The notes under the pieces are model-generated. The model saw nothing but the letters and a program-made list of their open reading frames with translations. It was not told the origin of the DNA and searched no databases. DNA of 64,000 nucleotides, from contig CALXJU010000002.1 of the NCBI GenBank assembly GCA_944388705.1, positions 3,041 to 67,040 of the forward strand. Direction: 5' to 3'. This document shows positions 37,775 to 44,423 of the stretch, piece by piece. The DNA is from an uncultured Clostridia bacterium (lineage in GTDB: Bacteria > Bacillota > Clostridia > TANB77 > CAG-508). How positions within the stretch are numbered: the stretch's first letter is position 1; each line of letters opens with the position of its first letter. The position numbers and the translations under genes were made by a program.

Positions 37775-39304
37775 TTATGCAGATTTCTTTAATCTTAATA
37801 AATATTCTATACATTCTGCCATTGCACCTTTTCCAAATGTATCATCTAAAAATTTTATGTATGGATCTATTTCGTCTTTTATTAATGCCATATTTAATTG
37901 TTCAAATTTTCTTAATATTTTTTTAGCAATAAAGTAATCTACTCCTTCTACTTCTGTTCCTCCACATGCTACATATACTGGTACAAATTTTTTCATATGT
38001 GCTACAATACGGTTACCAAATGCTATACGGAAATGTGCTATTACATAATCATCCATTTGCTCTATTTTGTCTAATGTGTCTTGTGATATTGCATATGTTT
38101 CCATTGCTTCTGAAAATATTCTATCTAAGTATGAATAATTTACATCCATTGCATCTCTTTGTTCTGGTACAAATACTTTTCCTTTATCATTTATATCTAT
38201 AGGCATAGCTCTATCATATACCTTATCTGTTACAGCAAATGTAGAGTCGTCGTTATTGATTGTACCTATGTACCACATATTTGCTGGTACTTGTATTTTT
38301 CCAAACATTAATTTTTTAGGGTCTGTTGGCCAACTATTTGGTACAACTTCTATTACCCATTCTTTTTTGTTAGGCATTTCTAGTATTGATAACATTTCTG
38401 CAAAATAATATTCAACACGTGATAAGTTCATCTCGTCTAATATTATTGTATATATATCATCTGTATAATTTGCTATATACATTTCTTTTAATATATCTGT
38501 TTCATTAAATTTCTTTGTAAATTCGTTGAAATATCCAAAAAGGTCTGTTCTATCTCTCCATGATGGTTGTACTGATGCTACACATGAATCATGTTTTAAG
38601 AATTTTCCCCATGCATATGCAAGAGATGTTTTACCTGTACCAGAAATACCTTGTAATATTACTAATTTTGTTGATGCTATTCCTGCAATAAATATTCTCA
38701 TCATTTTTTCTGTATAATATAATTTTAATTTTGATGCAGCATAATTTCTAAAGTTGAAGCAAAATTCTGGTAAATCAAATGAGTTATTATAATTTTGTAT
38801 TTTATAATTGGCATATTCCATATCTATTAATGATAGTTTTGCAAAACGTTGTGTTGTTGATGGATCAACTTCTTCTCCTTCTTCACCATTTTGAGGAGTT
38901 TCTTCATCTAATTCTGATGGTTTTAATCCTAATTGTGATACTTTCATTGCTAATATTTCATCTTTTTCTTTTGATAATTTGACCACTTTTTTATTTAATG
39001 TTGCAACTTCATCTAATAATGCCTCTTGGTCTGTTACTGGCTTTCTTAGCTTAGCATATTTTTTTACTATAAATAATACTAAAAATACTATTAATCCTAA
39101 AAAAATTACTACAAATAATATTGATAATACTGCCATTACCCATTCAGGTGCAGAAAAGTCTGCATAATAGTTTCTAAACACTTCCATATATTGCTTTATA
39201 TTAAACATTTGCTTAATACCATCTATTAAGCCTTTAAATATCATTAATATTCCTGAAACTGTTTGATTTATAAATTCATATAAAAATCTTACAAATGTAT
39301 CCAT
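37775..39304 (-). CDS. Membrane-anchored McrB-like AAA+ (AAA_5) NTPase
   Basis: TM helix WVMAVLSILFVVIFLGLIVFLVLFIV, then a coiled coil. Walker A LQGISGTGKTS, Walker B plus McrB-type segment IILDEMNLSRVEYYFAEMLSILE, then YIGTINNDDSTFAVTDKVYDRA. I chose the start at MDTFVRF (AGGGG SD); the longest ORF extends to 39322. Confidence 0.75.
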   Translation of the reverse strand: MDTFVRFLYEFINQTVSGILMIFKGLIDGIKQMFNIKQYMEVFRNYYADFSAPEWVMAVLSILFVVIFLGLIVFLVLFIVKKYAKLRKPVTDQEALLDEVATLNKKVVKLSKEKDEILAMKVSQLGLKPSELDEETPQNGEEGEEVDPSTTQRFAKLSLIDMEYANYKIQNYNNSFDLPEFCFNFRNYAASKLKLYYTEKMMRIFIAGIASTKLVILQGISGTGKTSLAYAWGKFLKHDSCVASVQPSWRDRTDLFGYFNEFTKKFNETDILKEMYIANYTDDIYTIILDEMNLSRVEYYFAEMLSILEMPNKKEWVIEVVPNSWPTDPKKLMFGKIQVPANMWYIGTINNDDSTFAVTDKVYDRAMPIDINDKGKVFVPEQRDAMDVNYSYLDRIFSEAMETYAISQDTLDKIEQMDDYVIAHFRIAFGNRIVAHMKKFVPVYVACGGTEVEGVDYFIAKKILRKFEQLNMALIKDEIDPYIKFLDDTFGKGAMAECIEYLLRLKKSA

Positions 39305-39311
39305 TATACCC

Positions 39312-40325
39312 CTATCCTTCATCTATTATTAAATTTTTTAATTCATCTGCATTTTCTTTGAATTCTTCAAAATATTCAAGTTTTTTGCTTACGATTACAT
39401 AATTAAATATTTCTAATTTTCTTATATGTTCTCTACTTATTATAAATGAGTCATCTATTATTATAGCAAATTTATATCCACTTTTCATTAATTCATATAT
39501 TTCATTTCTATGTATTATAAAATCTCTATATTTTACTTTTATTTTTATTTTTTCTTGTATTGATGGGTCATTTATTATACGTAATATTTGTTCTAATTTT
39601 TTCCTTTTTTCAAATAATGTCATTGGAAATTCTACTAAATATTGAGTATTAAATTTCCCTTCTAATATCATTCTTATATTATAAACTGTTAACATTAAAT
39701 ATTGTATTATTAATTTATCTTCATTTACTATATTTTCATTATACACATCTGTTATTGCTCTATTGCTAAAAATATATGGAAATTTAAAATTGTATTTTAA
39801 ATCAACTTTATATACATCTTTTATTAATGGATATTTGGTAATTACAAGTTCAAAATCATCTGATTCGAATTGTTTTAGATATTTTTCTTTTTTATCTCTA
39901 TATTCTCTTATCATTTTATAAAGATTATCTCGTAATTCTCCATCTCTTTTCATTTCAAATTTAGTTATTCTTTTTTCATACATCTCATTTATAAATTCTC
40001 TCCATTCTTTATGTAATGGACGTACAAAATCTATGTAAAATATATATTGATATGTTTCTAACATATTTCTAATTACTGGATGATTTTCTTCATATTGATT
40101 GAATTCTAGCTTAGTCGCTGATTTCTGTAATGCAGAATATATTCTTCTATAAAATACTCTTTGTTTTTCATTTCCTCCATAATTATTATATCTGGCTTCT
40201 ATATAAGTTTCTATAAATTCTTTTGATATATTTTCATCATATTTTTCTTTAAAAAATTCTTTCATAAATTCTTTTAAAAATTTTTTTGTGTATTCTATAT
40301 ATTCTGCCATTATATTATATGTCAT
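39312..40325 (-). CDS. Hypothetical cytoplasmic protein; the C-terminal half may be a degenerate EAL-like domain
   Basis: 337 aa with no TM segment. The layout LVEFPMTLF...IKIKVKY...LMKSGYKFAIIIDDSFIISREHIRKLEIFNYVIVSKK parallels the EAL-domain strands (vNlS...lEitE...L..G..ialDDFGtGys...d.lKiD), but the catalytic residues are replaced. Confidence 0.3.
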   Translation of the reverse strand: MTYNIMAEYIEYTKKFLKEFMKEFFKEKYDENISKEFIETYIEARYNNYGGNEKQRVFYRRIYSALQKSATKLEFNQYEENHPVIRNMLETYQYIFYIDFVRPLHKEWREFINEMYEKRITKFEMKRDGELRDNLYKMIREYRDKKEKYLKQFESDDFELVITKYPLIKDVYKVDLKYNFKFPYIFSNRAITDVYNENIVNEDKLIIQYLMLTVYNIRMILEGKFNTQYLVEFPMTLFEKRKKLEQILRIINDPSIQEKIKIKVKYRDFIIHRNEIYELMKSGYKFAIIIDDSFIISREHIRKLEIFNYVIVSKKLEYFEEFKENADELKNLIIDEG

Positions 40326-40340
40326 ATTTTCACCTCTTTT

Positions 40341-41195
40341 TTAGTATGTTAGTGTGATTACTGGAGGTTCAGTACTTCCAGCTTCGTGTGTATAGTTTTG
40401 CGTTGGGTCTATTTTATAAAATTTTACTGTTGTTGTTTGAAGTGTATCTACAAATGATGTTACTGAATTTACATATGAATACCCATTTATTTCAGTTGTT
40501 GTAGTTGCTGTTGAATTTAAGTAATAACTACTTGTCATATCAAGTAATATTATATTAGGGTCAAATGATAATTTTACATCTTTTCCTATATCTAATGAGT
40601 TTGTTATATTTACTTCTAAGTATGGACTGTTTTCTGAGTCCATTATTTCATATGATATATCTTCTGTTCCTACTCCTACTATTAATCTTCCACTTAATGT
40701 TTTTTCATATGGTGATGTTGATGTTACCTCAACTTCTACCCATGTGGTTTCTCCATTTGCTAATGCTTGTCCTCCTGCTGGATTTATTTTTATTGTGAAA
40801 TAGTCTTCATTTATTCCTCCATTTTGACTCCCTATTATTGTCCCACTATTTTTACTTAATTCACATTCAATATTATCTGAATGTGTTAAATTTACAGTAT
40901 AGTCTATATCTGTTTCTGCAAATAATAAGTCATTTTTTTTACTATTTAAGTTTATTGTTATTGTATATGTTTCTGCTCCTGACCAGTTATTTGCTATTTC
41001 AAATTCTGCGTGGTCTGTTGTTAGTTTATCACTATTAAAATAAAATCCTTTTGAACCTAAATAATAATCTTGTACTGCATTATATACATATTTTGATAAA
41101 CTTGTCATTGTTGGCACAAGTATAACTATTATTATCAGAATAATTAATAATGGTATTATTTTATTATTTCTTTTTTTTCTCCTTCTCCTTGTCAT
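40341..41195 (-). CDS. Secreted protein with SipW-like signal (MTSLSKYVYN), beta-rich
   Basis: MTRRRRKKRNNK + TM helix + PTMTSLSKYVYNAV. 284 aa, T/S/N-rich and probably all-beta. Confidence 0.5.
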   Translation of the reverse strand: MTRRRRKKRNNKIIPLLIILIIIVILVPTMTSLSKYVYNAVQDYYLGSKGFYFNSDKLTTDHAEFEIANNWSGAETYTITINLNSKKNDLLFAETDIDYTVNLTHSDNIECELSKNSGTIIGSQNGGINEDYFTIKINPAGGQALANGETTWVEVEVTSTSPYEKTLSGRLIVGVGTEDISYEIMDSENSPYLEVNITNSLDIGKDVKLSFDPNIILLDMTSSYYLNSTATTTTEINGYSYVNSVTSFVDTLQTTTVKFYKIDPTQNYTHEAGSTEPPVITLTY

Positions 41196-41224
41196 TTGAA
41201 CTTCCTTTTCTTACTAATTATTTA

Positions 41225-41785
41225 TTATACAATTTGTTCAGAATTTATTGTAATTTCAACAGCTTCTATTATTCCCTGATACTCTACTGAATTTAGTTCT
41301 TTAGGGAATGTTACTTCTAACCTATAATTATTTATCTCATCAGTTTCAAATCCAAATGTGTTTTCACTTGATGTTATTGTTTTAAAATATGTACCATATT
41401 CATCTTGTGTAGTTTGGTAATCTCTAAATAAGTCATCTGCTCCATCATTCATATATAAACTATATGTTAACGGAAGATTTGTTGTCATTCGTATTGATAT
41501 GGTATATTTTAATGCTGTTTCTGTTCTATCTGTTCCATCATTATTTGCTATAGAAAAATTGTATATGTATTTTTCATCACTTGGAATCATTTCTTCTAAT
41601 GCTATTGTTTCTGATATTTTTTGTTCTTTTAACAAATAAAATGCTACATCTACATTTGCTTCTGATTTTCCTGATGAACTATATCTTGCTAATGTTCCCT
41701 TTAGTATGAATATTAGGATAATTATTAATACAAATATTATTATTATTTTTTTATAAAATTTGTTCTTTCTTCTCCTTCTACTCAT
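41225..41785 (-). CDS. SipW-cognate-signal secreted protein, TasA-like superfamily, B family
   Basis: MSRRRRKNKFYKK + TM helix + KGTLARYSSSGK. The C-terminus ITINSEQIV matches LNFEQII of 34552-35136. It overlaps the upstream sipW paralog by 8 nt. Confidence 0.6.
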   Translation of the reverse strand: MSRRRRKNKFYKKIIIIFVLIIILIFILKGTLARYSSSGKSEANVDVAFYLLKEQKISETIALEEMIPSDEKYIYNFSIANNDGTDRTETALKYTISIRMTTNLPLTYSLYMNDGADDLFRDYQTTQDEYGTYFKTITSSENTFGFETDEINNYRLEVTFPKELNSVEYQGIIEAVEITINSEQIV

Positions 41786-42305
41786 TTTTATTCCTTTCGT
41801 TTTTTATTTTTTCTGTTTTATCTTTTGATATTGCTAATCCTATTAATACAAGTGTGATAAATATTGATATTAAAACATTTGGCTCTGTAAAAACTTTTGC
41901 CCAAATTCCAACTCTGGGATATACTGAAACAACTTTTCCTATTACTGCATCTTTTGTAATTTCTTCGTCTTCAGTATTATTTGCATCTCCTTTTGTTACT
42001 AATTTATCTCCATTTATCTTCATTATTCTATGTGTTATTAAGTCATTGTCTTTTTTGAATGTTATTATGTCATTTTCTTTTACATCTTTTGTTATCTTTA
42101 CTAATATTACGTCATATACATTTAATGTTTTTGCCATACTTCCTGTTTTTATTTCAAATATTGTATATCCAAAAAAGTTCGTATAGTCTTTATTCATTAT
42201 TTGTAATTGTATATAGTTATATCCAACTATTAGCACTATCAAAAAAACTATTACTATTATTATATTTAATATAATATGTGCTATTTTTTCAAATATTTTG
42301 TACAT
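41778..42305 (-). CDS. sipW: Signal peptidase I, SipW type, paralog 3
   Basis: EIKTGSMAKT (Ser box), ITHRIM (His box) and TKGDANNTEDEE, plus a C-terminal TM helix. Confidence 0.8.
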   Translation of the reverse strand: MYKIFEKIAHIILNIIIVIVFLIVLIVGYNYIQLQIMNKDYTNFFGYTIFEIKTGSMAKTLNVYDVILVKITKDVKENDIITFKKDNDLITHRIMKINGDKLVTKGDANNTEDEEITKDAVIGKVVSVYPRVGIWAKVFTEPNVLISIFITLVLIGLAISKDKTEKIKNERNKNE

Positions 42306-42321
42306 TTTTAATCCTTTCTTT

Positions 42322-42423
42322 GCATAATATTTATATATATAACTATTTCATAGCAAAACCATATCTGGGGCTTTCGTCGGGGAGCTTTGCTTTATTACAT
42401 AGTTATATATATAAATATTATGC
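42322..42423. repeat. Palindromic intergenic element, copy 3 (same orientation as copy 2)
   Basis: Arms GCATAATATTTATATATATAACTATTTCATAG / ACATAGTTATATATATAAATATTATGC. The core GGGGCTTTCGTCGGGGAGCTTTGC lies at 42367-42390. Confidence 0.85.
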
Positions 42424-42481
42424 AAAAATTATGTAAAAATTAATTAAAACTAATTAAAACTAATTTCAATTATCTATTAAA

Positions 42482-43111
42482 CTAAGGATTATATTCTTCT
42501 ATATTTTCTCCCAAATATTGACTTGCTTTTACTTCTACTGGTATAGATATTTGTATGTCTTTTTGCAATCCTAATTCTGAATCTGCTTCGTCATTTACTC
42601 CTGTTCCATCATCATCCCAACCTAAATAAACTCTGATTGTATTTGTTTTTTTATTTTGTATGTCATCTAGGCTAACTACTCCTGTATAAGTACTTTCTCC
42701 TGTTTTTGTTATTCCTTCTGTTGACTCTACTCCATCTACTACTTTTACTAATCTTGCAAAATATATAGAATCTGTTAAATCTAGTTGTTCAAAATTTATT
42801 GATACATCATATCTTACTGCAACACTTGCTTCTGTTGCATCTATTTCTACATCAAAATATCCTAGCAAACCTGGCGCAATTTTTCCCTCTAACACATAAT
42901 CATTTGAATTATATGTTAATTCATTTATAGTAAATTCTTGTGAATCTGTTCCTGTTGCTATATTTGTTCCATTTACTTTTACTATCCATGCTCCTATTTG
43001 TTCTTCTATTGTTCCTTTTGCTTCTGTATAGTATTTAGCATATGCACTATTTATTTGATATAGTGTAATTATTAACATTATTAATGCTGATAATATCCAT
43101 ATTTTTCTCAT
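42482..43111 (-). CDS. SipW-cognate-signal secreted protein, TasA-like superfamily, B family
   Basis: Signal ending YQINSAYAKYYTE; APGLLGYFDVEIDATE; IRVYLGWDDDGTG. Confidence 0.65.
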   Translation of the reverse strand: MRKIWILSALIMLIITLYQINSAYAKYYTEAKGTIEEQIGAWIVKVNGTNIATGTDSQEFTINELTYNSNDYVLEGKIAPGLLGYFDVEIDATEASVAVRYDVSINFEQLDLTDSIYFARLVKVVDGVESTEGITKTGESTYTGVVSLDDIQNKKTNTIRVYLGWDDDGTGVNDEADSELGLQKDIQISIPVEVKASQYLGENIEEYNP

Positions 43112-43127
43112 ATTTCTTTCCTTTGTT

Positions 43128-43628
43128 TTAATCTTTATTTCCTAATTCTACTATTACCTCAAATATTTCATGTAAAAATGCTATTACTGATGGAAATATT
43201 ATTAAAAATAAAAATCCCCATCTTGATTCTAATATACTTAGGATTTTTCCAACTTTACTATATACTTTTACATTGTCTTCGCTACCTATTACATCATCTT
43301 CTATTACTTGATGATTTCCATCTAAAATGTAAGTAGTACTTATTCCTTCGTATTCATTTATTTGATTTACTTCTCCTAGTTTTATGTCCCTATCATTATA
43401 AAAAAATATTTTATCCCCTACTTCTACTTTATCCAAGTTTTCTTTTGTAGCTATTACTAAGTCTCCTTCTACATATTCAGGTTCTAGTGAATCATCGGCT
43501 ATTAGTATTAATGTGTTATTTCCGAATTCTGTTACATTATAATCATTATAATTTAACAAACATAATGTTACCACTATCGCTATTATCACATATACTATAA
43601 CTATCAGATTTACTATTGCTCTCTTCAT
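43128..43628 (-). CDS. SipW-like protein with a degenerate catalytic site (possible pseudo-peptidase), paralog 4
   Basis: It has the same TM - beta core - TM layout as the other three. The Ser box survives as DDSLEPE, but the His box [IV]TH[RQ] is replaced by KLGEVNQI and GDAN by LDGNHQ. Confidence 0.5.
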   Translation of the reverse strand: MKRAIVNLIVIVYVIIAIVVTLCLLNYNDYNVTEFGNNTLILIADDSLEPEYVEGDLVIATKENLDKVEVGDKIFFYNDRDIKLGEVNQINEYEGISTTYILDGNHQVIEDDVIGSEDNVKVYSKVGKILSILESRWGFLFLIIFPSVIAFLHEIFEVIVELGNKD

Positions 43629-43779
43629 TTAAAATTCCTCCTACATAATATATCAATTCTATTATACCAAATAAAAATAAAATTGCAATATTTTTGTCGA
43701 GTTTTTTTGTTGTTAATTTTTACTGCAATTTTATTTCTAATTTTATATTATATAGATTTGTTTGATACACTTTTTTATT

Positions 43780-44181
43780 TTATACATTTATGTATTTTTC
43801 TAATATTATTATTCTTTCTTTATTTTCATTATACATATCTTCTGTTGATGTTTGATATGACCACAATATTGCTTCTATATCTTCTTTATCCTTCTTCCTA
43901 CGTATTTCATTTAATTCCCACATTTTTTTATTTTCCTGCCAACGCTTTTCATTTTCTTCCCAACGTTTCATATTTTCTTGCCAACGCTTTTCATTTTCTT
44001 CCCAGCGTTTATCATTTTCTTGCCAACGCTTTTCATTTTGTTCCCAACGCTTTCTATTTTCTTTTAATTCCTCTCTTATTTCATTAAGTGCTTTCATTGT
44101 TTCCGCTTGAAAAGTAGTTAATGTGTTCGTTAATTGAGTTAATGTATTCATTAACTGAGTTAATAATTCCATTTCTTGCAT
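43780..44181 (-). CDS. Heptad-repeat coiled-coil protein ((E/Q)ENxKRW x8)
   Basis: RWEQNEKRWQENDKRWEENEKRWQENMKRWEENEKRWQENKKMWELNE. I chose the start at MQEMELL (AGGAG 8 nt upstream); the ORF track starts at 44199. Confidence 0.6.
   Translation of the reverse strand: MQEMELLTQLMNTLTQLTNTLTTFQAETMKALNEIREELKENRKRWEQNEKRWQENDKRWEENEKRWQENMKRWEENEKRWQENKKMWELNEIRRKKDKEDIEAILWSYQTSTEDMYNENKERIIILEKYINV
43933..44058. repeat. 6 x 21-bp tandem repeat (coding, inside the 43780-44181 gene)
   Basis: The units are TTCYTSCCAACGYTTYYCATT-like, starting at 43933, 43954, 43975, 43996, 44017 and 44038. Confidence 0.85.
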
Positions 44182-44325
44182 AATAATTGCTCCTTTCATT
44201 ACAAATTAATTTTTGATTTCTTTAAAGATTAAATCTTTTATTTTGAATTTAAAAAATTTGATTTTAAAAAACATGTGTATCAAACTTTTGTGTTTCCTCT
44301 ACTTCACTCAAAATGCGAGTTTTTT

Positions 44326-44368
44326 GATAAAAAATATAGAAACACAATTATAAAAATTATGTTTCTAT
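44326..44368 (-). terminator. Rho-independent terminator downstream of mutS (right edge of the island)
   Basis: ATAGAAACA (44336-44344) / TGTTTCTAT (44360-44368) with an inner AATT/AATT pairing. The minus strand then reads ATTTTTTAT. Confidence 0.65.
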
Positions 44369-44423
44369 TATACTATTGTTTAATGTAGTTTGTCAAGAAC
44401 TTTTCATCGACAAGTTTCGACAA

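Noticed and set aside
31538-41785. The Arg-rich N-termini were considered as Tat (twin-arginine) signals.
   Set aside because: None matches [ST]-R-R-x-F-L-K. After RR come L-K-S/L rather than x-hydrophobic-hydrophobic. The downstream [ST]xA[WK][FY] motif fits the SipW-cognate class instead. I kept this only as a compositional observation.
42441-42470. The short direct repeat TAATTAAAAC TAATTAAAAC TAATTTCAAT next to element copy 3 was considered as a CRISPR-like or iteron array.
   Set aside because: There are only two and a half units of 10 bp with no spacers, in AT-rich DNA. It is too short to call. No CRISPR array exists anywhere in the window.
16036-44368. The 28-kb island was considered as a prophage, ICE or transposon.
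   Set aside because: I recognise no integrase, recombinase, transposase, relaxase, capsid, terminase or flanking tRNA. The only repeats at or near its borders are terminator hairpins. Its mobility remains unsupported.
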